From the NCBI RefSeq assembly GCF_035623875.1, contig NZ_DASPSP010000018.1, positions 8,244 to 72,243 on the forward strand: a stretch of DNA of 64,000 nt, in the 5' to 3' direction. The position numbers were made by a program, and so were the translations under genes. Source of the stretch: Mycobacterium sp. Its GTDB lineage: Bacteria > Actinomycetota > Actinomycetes > Mycobacteriales > Mycobacteriaceae. Each line of letters opens with the position of its first letter. The first letter of the stretch is position 1. This document shows positions 10,033 to 19,412 of this stretch, piece by piece. The notes under the pieces are model-generated. The model saw only the letters and a program-made list of their open reading frames with translations. It searched no databases and was not told where the DNA came from.

Positions 10033-11470
10033 CCTCGGCGCGGACCGCCGAGCGCCGCGCCTTCCCGGCGTCGTCGCGCAACGGCCTGTCGACGAACTCG
10101 ATACTGGCCGGCACCTTGTAGCCGGCGATCCGGTCGCGCAGAAACGCCTGCACCGCCTGCTCGTCCAGCACCGATCCTGCCTCAACCAGGGCATAGGGCA
10201 CTTGGCCGAGATCGTCGTGAGGCACACCAACAACCAGGCAGGACAGCACATCCGGGTGCGCCGACAGTGCGTTCTCGATTTCAGCCGGGTAGACGTTGCG
10301 GCCGCCGACGGTGAACATGTCGACCCGGCGATCGGACAGGTACAAGAACCCGTCCTCGTCGAAATGGCCCAGGTCGCCCAACGAGTCCCAGCCGTCGCGG
10401 GATTTCGCCGTCGTGCCGATGTACCGGTACGACGGCACACTGCCCGGGCTGGGCCGCATGTAGATCTCGCCGACCACACCGGGCGGACACGGGTTACCGT
10501 CGTCGTCGAGCACCTTCATCTCGCCCATGACCACCACACCGACCGATCCGGGATGGGTCAGCCATTGGTCGCCGGAGATGAAGGTCATCGCCTGAAATTC
10601 GGTGCCGCCGTAAAGCTCCCAGACCCTTTCGGGACCCAGCAGATCGATCCACGCCTGCTTGATAGCCGGCGGACACGGCGCCGCGAGGTGCCAAAACCGC
10701 TGGATCGACGACAGGTCATAGGAATCCGGATCGGTGCGGTAGACCGGCAGCGCCCGCTGCATCATCGTCGGCACCGCGGTGACGAGCTGCGGGCGATGCT
10801 CGGTGATCACCCGCAGGAACCCGTGCGGGTCGAACCGGCCCATCAGCACGAGGTGGTTGCGCATGATCAACGCGATCGCCGCGGCGGTGAAGCCGGTGGT
10901 GTGCGTCAGCGGCACCGGCACCAGCGCGGTATCGCCCTGCTGGTTACCCACGGCGTACCCCAGTGCCGGCCCGAGCCGGCTGTCGCCGCCCGCCTCGATG
11001 AGCTTCGGCCGGCCGGTGCTGCCGCCGGAGGCGATCGACCTCCAGCACGGTGACACCGCTTCCGGCAACGGTCCATCCGACAACGCCTGGTCGGGAACGA
11101 AACCTTTAGGAACACTTGGTATTCCGGGGTGCGTTCGCCCCACGAGCAGCGCGCGTGGCCGCAGTTCCAGCAGGCCTTCGAACTCCGCGTCCGGCAGCCG
11201 AGCGGACAGCGGCTGCGGCACCGCGCCCAGCTTCCAGCACGCCACCATGGCCTGTACACACTCGACGGAGTTGGGCAGCACGATGGTCACGTAGTCGCCG
11301 ACGCCGACGCCGCGCTCCGCGTAGGCGCGGGCCAGCCGGTTGGTCGAGCGCTCCAGTTCGCCGCGGGTCAGCGTACGCCCGTCACAGGTAACTGCCGGCT
11401 CGTCGGGAGCGAGCGCGGCCAGCGCGGAAATCTGAGTACCGATCGGTGGGACCGGCGCACTCTGCGTCAT
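9998..11470 (-). CDS. AMP-dependent acyl-CoA synthetase (FadD/BaiB-like)
   Basis: SGGSTGRPK, YGGTE, GDLG, GGRNVYPAEIE, YKVP motifs; ATG overlaps the php stop (ATGA). Confidence 0.9.
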   Translation of the reverse strand: MTQSAPVPPIGTQISALAALAPDEPAVTCDGRTLTRGELERSTNRLARAYAERGVGVGDYVTIVLPNSVECVQAMVACWKLGAVPQPLSARLPDAEFEGLLELRPRALLVGRTHPGIPSVPKGFVPDQALSDGPLPEAVSPCWRSIASGGSTGRPKLIEAGGDSRLGPALGYAVGNQQGDTALVPVPLTHTTGFTAAAIALIMRNHLVLMGRFDPHGFLRVITEHRPQLVTAVPTMMQRALPVYRTDPDSYDLSSIQRFWHLAAPCPPAIKQAWIDLLGPERVWELYGGTEFQAMTFISGDQWLTHPGSVGVVVMGEMKVLDDDGNPCPPGVVGEIYMRPSPGSVPSYRYIGTTAKSRDGWDSLGDLGHFDEDGFLYLSDRRVDMFTVGGRNVYPAEIENALSAHPDVLSCLVVGVPHDDLGQVPYALVEAGSVLDEQAVQAFLRDRIAGYKVPASIEFVDRPLRDDAGKARRSAVRAEVMARLRPLGAG

Positions 11471-12447
11471 TGATAGCTGCCCTGTCGCTCGAAGATGCAC
11501 CGCGGGTTGTCGACGAGCATGGTGTTCAGCTGCTCGTCAGTGACCCCGCGCTCCTTCAATGCGGGGATCACGTCGTTGTGGATGTGCAGGTAATTCCAAT
11601 TGGGGGCGGCCACCGGCAGCAGGTCCTCGGGCAGTGCGTCGAAATAACAGTTGGCGTCGTGGGAGAGCACCATCTTGTCGGCGTGGCCGCGTTCGCACAT
11701 CCGCGCCACGATGTTCACCCGCTCCTCGAACGGCAGGATCACGTCGATGCCGAACCGGTCCATCCCGAGGTAGGAGCCGGGCGCGATGAGCTCTTCGAGG
11801 TAGCCGATGTCGGTGGAGTCGCCGGAGTGGCCGATGATCACCCGGCTCAGGTCGACACCCTCTTCTTCGAAGATGCGCTGTTGCTCGAGCCCGCGCCGCA
11901 GCCCGGCGTGGGTGTGCGTGGAGATCGGCACCCCGGTGCGCTTGTGCGCTTGGGCGACGGCGCGAAGCACCCGCTCGACGCCGGGGGTAATGCCGGGCTC
12001 GTCGGTGGCGCATTTGAGGATGCCCGCCTTGATGCCGGTGTCGGCGATGCCCTGCTCGATGTCGCGGACGAACATTTCGGTCATGATCTCGGGCCCGCCG
12101 AGTTGAGCGCCGGGACCCAGGTAGTGGAAACAGAATGGAACATCGTTGTAGGTGTACAGGCCGGTCGCGACGACGATGTTCAATTCGGTCTCCGCGGCGA
12201 CGCGGGCGATTCGCGGAATGTAGCGGCCCAGCCCGATCACGGTGAGGTCGACGATGGTGTCCACACCGCGCGACTTGAGCTCGTTAAGCCGGGTGATGGC
12301 GTCAGCCACCCGCGCGTCTTCATCGCCCCAGGCTTCCGGATAGTTCTGCGCGACCTCGGTTGTCATGATGAATACGTGCTCGTGCATGAGCGTGACGCCG
12401 AGATCAGCAGTATTGATTGGTCCCCGAGCGGTATTCAGTAGCGACAT
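11467..12447 (-). CDS. php: Phosphotriesterase-like lactonase (Rv0230c-like)
   Basis: HEH, K of KCATD, HTH, GHSG and SHD binuclear metal ligands. Confidence 0.93.
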   Translation of the reverse strand: MSLLNTARGPINTADLGVTLMHEHVFIMTTEVAQNYPEAWGDEDARVADAITRLNELKSRGVDTIVDLTVIGLGRYIPRIARVAAETELNIVVATGLYTYNDVPFCFHYLGPGAQLGGPEIMTEMFVRDIEQGIADTGIKAGILKCATDEPGITPGVERVLRAVAQAHKRTGVPISTHTHAGLRRGLEQQRIFEEEGVDLSRVIIGHSGDSTDIGYLEELIAPGSYLGMDRFGIDVILPFEERVNIVARMCERGHADKMVLSHDANCYFDALPEDLLPVAAPNWNYLHIHNDVIPALKERGVTDEQLNTMLVDNPRCIFERQGSYQ

Positions 12448-12513
12448 GGGGCCGATGTTAAGTCCTCTACTGCGCGCGCATGTTGGGCTTCGGCGGACCG
12501 GTGGGCTCGATCA

Positions 12514-13533
12514 TCATCCCGCCTGCTCGGGCCCGAGGTCACTAGCCGCAATCTGGTGCACGACCTGACCGCTGCGGGCACTCAAGGCGGCCAGTGCGGC
12601 GTCCGCGACGGCGTTGGTGGCGTACCCGTCGTAGGTCGACGGCCCGTCGATCGAGTGGTTGGCCACCGCTGTCAGCCAGGAGATGTTCTGGGCGCGATAG
12701 GCGTCCTCGAACCGTTCGAGCCAGCTGTGCGGCAGCCGCTGGGCTGCCATGCCGTCGCTGACGGCATGCGTCGTCACCGCCGGCGATCCAAGGGTCACGC
12801 TGCCGCGGCTGCCAACGAGGTCGAGCCCGATGTCGTATCGCATTCCCGGTCCGCGACCGAGTTCGACAACTCCGAGGATGCCGGATTCCGACGTCAGCGT
12901 GACAAGAACAGTCACCGTCGATCCGTCGTCGCTGCTTTTGGCGGCACAGGTGACCTCGCTGATCTCCTCACCGGTGAGCCAGCGGAACAGGTCGATATCG
13001 TGTGCAGCCGAACTGACAATGAGCATCTGGGCATCAAAGTTGATGATAGCCAACGGGTTGTGATGCCGTTGAGTGATCAGGATGGGCTGGCCGACTCGAC
13101 CGGACCGCGCTGTGTCATGGATATGCCGATAGTCGGCGTCGTATCGGCGCATGTAGCCGACTTGGACGAGCGGGTGGCCGCTGGCTCGTTCGGCTTGCAC
13201 CAGTTGCAAGGATTCTTCAGCCGAGCGGGTCAGCGGCTTTTCGCACAGCACGTAGAGGCGCCGCGCGATGCACGCGTCGACGATCCGGTGGCGGGTGTCG
13301 TCAGTGGTGGCCACGACGGCAGCGTCGATATCGACGTTGCTCAGGCAGTCCAGCGGGTCGTGAAAGACCTTGGCAGCCGGGACAAGTGCGGCGGCGCGTT
13401 CGGCAAACGGCGGGTGGCTATCCGCCACGGCGGCGATCTGCGCCCACGGAGCCAGGCTTTGAAAGATCCTCAGGTGATGCAGCCCCATGTTTCCCAGCCC
13501 GATCAGGGCCAGCCGAACCGGAGCGGCGCTCAC
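12514..13533 (-). CDS. Gfo/Idh/MocA oxidoreductase (inositol dehydrogenase-like)
   Basis: IGLGNMG Rossmann motif, CEKP, QVGYMRRYD, HDIDL. Confidence 0.88.
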   Translation of the reverse strand: MSAAPVRLALIGLGNMGLHHLRIFQSLAPWAQIAAVADSHPPFAERAAALVPAAKVFHDPLDCLSNVDIDAAVVATTDDTRHRIVDACIARRLYVLCEKPLTRSAEESLQLVQAERASGHPLVQVGYMRRYDADYRHIHDTARSGRVGQPILITQRHHNPLAIINFDAQMLIVSSAAHDIDLFRWLTGEEISEVTCAAKSSDDGSTVTVLVTLTSESGILGVVELGRGPGMRYDIGLDLVGSRGSVTLGSPAVTTHAVSDGMAAQRLPHSWLERFEDAYRAQNISWLTAVANHSIDGPSTYDGYATNAVADAALAALSARSGQVVHQIAASDLGPEQAG

Positions 13534-13619
13534 TCCCGACCTCCGAACACTACGGACGTTTCTTTTTTCGTGCCGCTATCAGCACTCGTGAGGTGCGGGT
13601 GACGACGGCACCCTCGGGT

Positions 13620-13718
13620 TCAATCTGCGCCATCGGGTGTCGGCGTCAGAACGCGTCGTCGTCTGGGCCCAAGCTCCAGCGCTTCGAAAAGGTTGAACTC
13701 GATGTCACGCAAGTCCAT
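13620..13718 (-). pseudogene. N-terminal relic of a FadE5-type acyl-CoA dehydrogenase
   Basis: GAGGAGG RBS then MDLRDIEFNLFEALELG (compare [13 protein letters not shown] of fadE5 in this window); stops after 32 codons. Confidence 0.5.
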
Positions 13719-13852
13719 GCATCCCTCCTCGGGGCAGTATGTAGTGTCGTGCCGTTTCCCGGGAGGAATTTCCAAGGTTCCGAACATCGCGAAACGCACG
13801 GGTTCAGGTGGGTGACCCGATCACGTCGGGCGCGAGGCCTAAGAACTGTGCC

Positions 13853-14482
13853 TCAGGCGGCCCGGAAAGCGCGGTAGACGGCGGATCCGATGAACTCGCC
13901 CAGCGTGCCGGGTGACCAGTCGTGGCCACTGTCGCGTAGCAGCGTCCGCACCGCTCCCTCGCAAGCGGACATGAACTGTTCCGCCAGGACGGGCAGCTTC
14001 CTCTCGAAATCGGTTGTGCCCCAGTGTTTTAATCTCGGGCGCAATAGCTTGGCGAATTGGTTGGCGATTGCCGCCCGGCCGTTCTGGAATTGCTCAGCGG
14101 TGGCGGGATCGGGGTCGGCGCTCATCATCAACCGCCATGAGTCCGGCCTTCGATCGACTGCCGCCAGCAGCGCCTGGAAGCCTGCGACGAACAACGCCTC
14201 GTCGCCTTCGGGGCGGTCGTGCGGCAAGGCCGACGTCGCCTCCCCGAGCAGGATGTCGTTTTCGCGGTCGAGCAGCGCATGGAGCAGCTCGACCCGGTCG
14301 GCGAAGCACGAGTAGACGACCGGGCGGGTGACGTCCAGCCGCTCGGCAACGGCGCCGATGGTCACCGCCGCCACGCCGCGCTCGATGGCTATCGCCAGCG
14401 CGGCGTCAAGCACCTGTGGGCGGCGTCGTTCGGGTCCCAGATGTGCGGCGCGGGATCTGCTCTGCACAGTTCCTGCAGCCAT
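13853..14482 (-). CDS. TetR-family transcriptional regulator
   Basis: HTH: VLDAALAIAIERGVAAVTIGAVAERLDVTRPVVYSCF. Confidence 0.9.
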   Translation of the reverse strand: MAAGTVQSRSRAAHLGPERRRPQVLDAALAIAIERGVAAVTIGAVAERLDVTRPVVYSCFADRVELLHALLDRENDILLGEATSALPHDRPEGDEALFVAGFQALLAAVDRRPDSWRLMMSADPDPATAEQFQNGRAAIANQFAKLLRPRLKHWGTTDFERKLPVLAEQFMSACEGAVRTLLRDSGHDWSPGTLGEFIGSAVYRAFRAA

Positions 14483-14556
14483 GGAGGAAAATGCTACACA
14501 GTTGGATATTCATCCGCGAGTGCCCGGTGTGCGGGCCGCCTGCCAAACCTTGAGGA

Positions 14557-14590
14557 GTGAGCTGGCTCACAGTAGAGTGACCAGTGGTCA
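14557..14590. promoter_or_regulatory. Two tandem palindromes (putative TetR operators)
   Basis: GTGAGCTGGCTCAC (14557-14570) and TGACCAGTGGTCA (14578-14590), just upstream of the AGGAGG RBS of the 14610 tetR. Confidence 0.6.
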
Positions 14591-14609
14591 TCAACGCTAG
14601 GAGGACCGA

Positions 14610-15293
14610 ATGCCGACGGTGACTTGGGCTCGCGTCGACCCGGCGCGCCGTGCGGCCATCGTCGACGCCGCAGAGGCGGAGTTCGGAGCGCACGGCTTCT
14701 CGAGGGGCAGCCTGAACGTGATCGCGCGGCGTGCCGGAGTCGCCAAGGGCAGCCTGTTCCAGTACTTCGCGGACAAGCGCGACCTGTATGCGTTCATCGC
14801 CGACATCGCCAGCCAGCGGGTGCGTGTCTACATGGAGGACCGCATCCGCGAGCTCGACCCCAGCCGGCCGTTCTTCGAGTTTCTGACCGACTGGCTCGAC
14901 GCGTGGGTGGCCTACTTCGCAGACCATCCGCATGAACGCGCGCTGCACGCCGCGGCGACTCTTGAAGTCGACACCGAAGCCCGCGTCAGCGTACAGAACG
15001 TCATTCACCGTCACTACCTGGAAGTGCTGCGGCCGCTCGTCCGCGACGCGCGCGCCCGCGGTGACCTGCGCGCGGATTCCGATACCGACGCGTTGCTGTC
15101 CCTGCTGCTGATGATCTTTCCGCACCTTGCGCTGGCTCCATACCTGCGCGGGCTGGATCCGATCCTCGGACTCGACGAGCCCACACCGGAGCAGCCGGCG
15201 CTGGCGGTGCGCCGGCTCGTCGCTGTACTGGCGGCGGCATTTGCCGCGCTGCCGCAAGCCCACCGGAATGAGATACAGGAGGTCACCAGATGA
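14610..15293 (+). CDS. TetR-family regulator (Rv0232-like)
   Basis: [26 protein letters not shown]; stop overlaps the R2lox start. Confidence 0.92.
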   Translation: MPTVTWARVDPARRAAIVDAAEAEFGAHGFSRGSLNVIARRAGVAKGSLFQYFADKRDLYAFIADIASQRVRVYMEDRIRELDPSRPFFEFLTDWLDAWVAYFADHPHERALHAAATLEVDTEARVSVQNVIHRHYLEVLRPLVRDARARGDLRADSDTDALLSLLLMIFPHLALAPYLRGLDPILGLDEPTPEQPALAVRRLVAVLAAAFAALPQAHRNEIQEVTR

Positions 15294-16228
15294 CACGGAC
15301 ACGTTCAGGCTCGCTCGTTGCGGGCGGACTCAATTGGAACAGCCTGCCGTTGAAGCTATTTGCCGGGGGCAATGCGAAGTTCTGGGATCCGGCCGACATC
15401 GATTTCTCTCGCGACCGGGCGGACTGGGAGAAGCTGTCGGATGTCGAACGCGACTTCGCCACCCGGCTGTGCGCAGAGTTCATTGCCGGCGAGGAAGCGG
15501 TCACCGAGGATATTCAGCCCTTCATGGCCGCGATGCGGGCCGAAGGGCGGCTCGGCGACGAAATGTATTTGACGCAGTTCGCGTTCGAGGAAGCCAAACA
15601 CGTCCAGGTGTTCCGCTTGTGGCTGGACGCTGTTGGGATCACCGACGACCTGCACAGCTACCTGGAACCTCTGACGGCATACCGGCAGATGTTCTACGAG
15701 GAGCTCCCGGATTGCCTCAACGCTTTATCGATCGATCCGTCGCCGGCTGCCCAGATCCGGGCGTCCGTGACATACAACCACATCGTCGAGGGCATGTTGG
15801 CGCTGACGGGTTACTACGCCTGGCACAAGATGTGCGTGGAGCATGGCATTCTTCCCGGCATGCAGGAGCTGATTCGGCGCATCGGTGACGACGAGCGACG
15901 CCACATGGCGTGGGGCACCTTCACCTGTCGTCGCCACGTCGCCGCCGAAGACGCCAACTGGACGGTGTTCGAAACGCGTATGAACGAGCTCCTCCCGTTG
16001 GCATTGGAAGCCACCGAGCAGGGCTTTGCCTTGTACGACCCGATGCCGTTCGGCATGCAACTGGACGAGTTCATGCAGTACAGCGCCGACAAAGGGATGC
16101 GGCGGTTCGGCACGATCAGCAGCGCCCGCGGGCGGCCGGTGGGTGAGATCGACCTCGACTACTCGCCGGTGCAGCTCGAAGACACGTTCGCCGACGAGGA
16201 CGAGAAAGCGCTGGCCGCTTCGGCCTAA
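15290..16228 (+). CDS. nrdB: R2-like ligand-binding oxidase (R2lox, Mn/Fe; Rv0233, annotated nrdB)
   Basis: Ferritin-like ligands GEEAV, EEAKH, VEG, DERRH; Val/Tyr of the R2lox crosslink present; no R1 subunit nearby. Confidence 0.9.
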   Translation: MTRTRSGSLVAGGLNWNSLPLKLFAGGNAKFWDPADIDFSRDRADWEKLSDVERDFATRLCAEFIAGEEAVTEDIQPFMAAMRAEGRLGDEMYLTQFAFEEAKHVQVFRLWLDAVGITDDLHSYLEPLTAYRQMFYEELPDCLNALSIDPSPAAQIRASVTYNHIVEGMLALTGYYAWHKMCVEHGILPGMQELIRRIGDDERRHMAWGTFTCRRHVAAEDANWTVFETRMNELLPLALEATEQGFALYDPMPFGMQLDEFMQYSADKGMRRFGTISSARGRPVGEIDLDYSPVQLEDTFADEDEKALAASA

Positions 16229-16231
16229 CGG

Positions 16232-16292
16232 GCGAGCAGACACAAAAGCCCCAAATCCCCCGGGCGTGTCGGGCGCTTTTGCGTCTGCTCGC
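16232..16292. repeat. Mycobacterial REP-like palindrome / bidirectional terminator between convergent genes
   Basis: GCGAGCAGACACAAAAGC (16232-16249) pairs with GCTTTTGCGTCTGCTCGC (16275-16292), 17/18 matches. Confidence 0.75.
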
Positions 16293-16301
16293 GAGGGGAA
16301 C

Positions 16302-17675
16302 CTATCCGACCCAGACGGTCTTGGCGTTGCAGAACGCGCGGATGCCGAGGCCCGCGAGTTCACGGCCATAGCCGGATCGTTTGACGCCGCCGAACCCTAA
16401 TTCGGGGTACGACACCGTCATTCCGTTGATGAACACCTGCCCGGCCTCGATGTCATCGATGAACCGCTCCTGCTCGGCTTCGTCGTTGGTCCAGGCGTTG
16501 GATCCCAGACCGAACGTGGTCGCGTTGGCGATCTCGATGGCTTCGTCGATGCCCGAGGCGCGGTACATCGAGGCGACCGGTCCGAAGACCTCCTCGGTGT
16601 AAAGCGCCATGTCCCTGGTGATGTCGGTGACCACCGTCGGCGGGTAGAACCATCCTGGTTGGTCGGGCGTCTTGCCGCCGAGGCGGACCTTCGCACCCGC
16701 GGTGACGGCGTCGTCGACCTGCTTGGCGATCTCGTCGCGGCCCGACTCGGTGGCCAGCGGACCCACGTCGGTGTCCGGGTCAGTCGGGTCGCCGACCTTG
16801 AGCGCCTCCATCCGCTCGACGAACTTGTCGACGAACGCGTCGTAAATGTCGGTGTGCACGATGAACCGCTTGGCGGCGATACAGGATTGGCCGTTGTTCT
16901 GGACACGGGCGGTGACCGCGGTCTTGACGGCTTCGTCGAGGTCCACCGACGGCATCACGATGAACGGGTCGCTGCCGCCGAGCTCCATCACGGTGGGTTT
17001 GATCTCGTCACCGCAGATGGCGGCGACTGATTGGCCGGCCGGTTCGCTACCGGTGAGGGTGGCCGCCGCAACCCGGGGATCGCGCAGGATGGCCTCGACA
17101 GCGCTGGACGAAACGAGCAGCGTCTGGAAACAGCCTTCCGGAAATCCACCGCGGGTGATGACGTCGGAGAGATACATCGCCGACTGCGGGACATTGGAGG
17201 CGTGCTTGAGCAGACCGACGTTGCCCGCCATCAGCGCAGGTGCGGCGAACCGAACGGCCTGCCAGAGCGGAAAGTTCCACGGCATCACGGCCAGCACGAC
17301 CCCGAGCGGCTGCCACCGGGTGTAGGCCCTTTTCGCTCCGACCTTCGACGCTTCCGCCGGTTCGTCGGCCAACAGCTTCTCGGCGTTGTCGGCGTAGTAG
17401 CGAAAACCCTTGGCGCACTTCAGCGCTTCACCCTTGGCCGATTTCAGCGTCTTGCCCATCTCCAGGGTCATCATCGCTGCGGTTTCGTCGGCCTCCTTTT
17501 CCAGGAGGTCAGCCGTGGCATTCGCCCACTTGGCGCGCTGGGCGAAGCTGGTGTGGCGGTAGTCGACGAACCGCTCGTGGGCGCGGGCTATTACCGCCTC
17601 GACTTCGTCGTCGGTTGCCGGGGTGAAGGTCTGGACTGTCTCGCCGGTGGCCGGGTTGATCGTGGCGATGGGCAC
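16302..17675 (-). CDS. gabD1: NADP-dependent succinate-semialdehyde dehydrogenase (Rv0234c-like)
   Basis: MPIATINPATGE start, MPWNFPLWQ, TGSEPAG, ELGGSDPF, NNGQSCIAAKRF; synteny. Confidence 0.92.
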   Translation of the reverse strand: MPIATINPATGETVQTFTPATDDEVEAVIARAHERFVDYRHTSFAQRAKWANATADLLEKEADETAAMMTLEMGKTLKSAKGEALKCAKGFRYYADNAEKLLADEPAEASKVGAKRAYTRWQPLGVVLAVMPWNFPLWQAVRFAAPALMAGNVGLLKHASNVPQSAMYLSDVITRGGFPEGCFQTLLVSSSAVEAILRDPRVAAATLTGSEPAGQSVAAICGDEIKPTVMELGGSDPFIVMPSVDLDEAVKTAVTARVQNNGQSCIAAKRFIVHTDIYDAFVDKFVERMEALKVGDPTDPDTDVGPLATESGRDEIAKQVDDAVTAGAKVRLGGKTPDQPGWFYPPTVVTDITRDMALYTEEVFGPVASMYRASGIDEAIEIANATTFGLGSNAWTNDEAEQERFIDDIEAGQVFINGMTVSYPELGFGGVKRSGYGRELAGLGIRAFCNAKTVWVG

Positions 17676-17755
17676 GTTGACATCCTTCGGTTGCGATGGT
17701 TTGTGAAGCGTCCGGTATCCAGCCTGCCACTATCGTGGCCAAAGGGAGGTGCCGG

Positions 17756-19402
17756 ATGAGTAAAGCTGCTCAGCTGATGGTCAAGTGCCTGGAGAACGAG
17801 GGTGTTTCCGTGGTCTTCGGGCTACCCGGCGAGGAGAACATCCGCTTCGTGCAGGCGTTGGCCTTCTCGAACATCCGTTATGTGCTCACCCGCCATGAGC
17901 AAGCGGCTTCGTTTATGGCGGAGATGTATGGACGCGTCACCGGCCGCGCGGCGGTGGTATCGGCCACCTTGGGCCCCGGCGCGATCAACATGCAGCTCGG
18001 CGTCGCCGACGCCACCACCAACAGCACACCGATGGTTGCCATCTCCGCGCAGGTGGGTCAGGATCGCCAGTTCAAAGAGTCGCACCAGTACGTCGACCTT
18101 GTTTCGATGTTCGCCCCGATCACCCGTTGGGCCGCCGGGGTCCCGACCGCGCACGCCATACCGGAGATGTTCCGCAAAGCGTTCAAGCTCGCTGAGGCCG
18201 AACGCCCCGCCGCGGTCTACCTCGCCGTCCCGGAACACATAGATGCAGATGCCGCCGATTACGACTTGACGCCGTTGCCGCGCAACGTCGTCCGCGCCGA
18301 AGCGCCGGCCGCCCGCCAAGTGGCACGCGCGGTCGACATTCTGCGCGAGGCCAAGCGGCCGGTGGTGCTGGCCGGGCACGGCGCGGCCCGTGCCGACGCG
18401 ACCGCGGCCCTAGTGCGGTTCTCCGAGGAATTCGGCCTCCCGGTGGCTAACACCTTCCACGGTAAGGGCGTCATGCCCGACGACCACCCGAACAGCATCG
18501 GGACCATCGGGTTCATGCGCCACGACTACGTCAACTTCGGGTTCGACAACGCCGACGTCGTCGTCGCCGTTGGCTACGAGTTGCAGGAATTCGATCCGGT
18601 CCGAATCAACCCCAAGGCCGACAAGAAGATCATCCACATCCATCGCTTTCCGGCCGAGGTCGACATGCACTATTCCGTCGACGTCGGGATCATCGGCGAT
18701 ATCAGTGCCTCACTCGACGCGGTCACCGAGGCGCTCGCCGGGCATACCTTCGACGCCGATCCAGAGATACCCGGCTCCGGTCTGCTCGACGAGGAAATTG
18801 CTCGGGGGCAACAGGATTCGCGATACCCGCTGGCTCCTGCCCGGGTAGTCGCCGACACCCGCGCCGCACTGGACCGCCGCGACATCGTCCTGGTCGACAC
18901 GGGTGCCACCAAGATGTGGATGGCCCGGCTCTACCCTACCTACGAACACAACACCTGCTTGATATCAAATGGCTTGTCCACCATGAGTTTTGCGCTGCCC
19001 GGAGCCCTTGGTGTCAAGTTGGCGATGCCAAAGTCGAAGGTGCTGGCCGTGGTCGGGGACGGCGCGTTCTTGATGAACTCCCAGGAGATCGAAACCGCCG
19101 TCCGGGAGCGGATACCACTCGTTGTATTGATTTGGGAGGATGGCGGTTACGGACTCATCGAGTGGAAAATGGACCTCGAACTGGGTGACCACTACTATGT
19201 TAAGTTCGGCAACCCCGACATCGTTGCCTATGCAGAGAGCTTCGGCGCCAAGGGTTATCGAATAAACAGCGCCGAGGAACTGTTGCCCACGTTGAAGGCT
19301 GCGCTCCACGATGATGGCGTTTCGCTGATCTGCTGTCCCGTCGATTACTCCGAAAATCTGCGGTTGACCGACCGGCTCGGTGAGCTCGACGAGACGCTTT
19401 AG
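17756..19402 (+). CDS. ThDP-dependent enzyme, acetolactate-synthase-like; candidate 2-oxoglutarate decarboxylase
   Basis: FGLPGEEN, RHEQ, TLGPGA, ESHQYVDLV, GDGAFLMN...EDGGYGLIEW; GGGAGG RBS before ATG 17756. Family certain, substrate inferred. Confidence 0.85.
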   Translation: MSKAAQLMVKCLENEGVSVVFGLPGEENIRFVQALAFSNIRYVLTRHEQAASFMAEMYGRVTGRAAVVSATLGPGAINMQLGVADATTNSTPMVAISAQVGQDRQFKESHQYVDLVSMFAPITRWAAGVPTAHAIPEMFRKAFKLAEAERPAAVYLAVPEHIDADAADYDLTPLPRNVVRAEAPAARQVARAVDILREAKRPVVLAGHGAARADATAALVRFSEEFGLPVANTFHGKGVMPDDHPNSIGTIGFMRHDYVNFGFDNADVVVAVGYELQEFDPVRINPKADKKIIHIHRFPAEVDMHYSVDVGIIGDISASLDAVTEALAGHTFDADPEIPGSGLLDEEIARGQQDSRYPLAPARVVADTRAALDRRDIVLVDTGATKMWMARLYPTYEHNTCLISNGLSTMSFALPGALGVKLAMPKSKVLAVVGDGAFLMNSQEIETAVRERIPLVVLIWEDGGYGLIEWKMDLELGDHYYVKFGNPDIVAYAESFGAKGYRINSAEELLPTLKAALHDDGVSLICCPVDYSENLRLTDRLGELDETL

Positions 19403-19412
19403 TCGGCCGACA

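Noticed and set aside
15290-16228. Functional ribonucleotide reductase beta subunit
   Set aside because: Sequence and context (no R1, NrdH or NrdI nearby) fit R2lox; nrdB is only the historical symbol.
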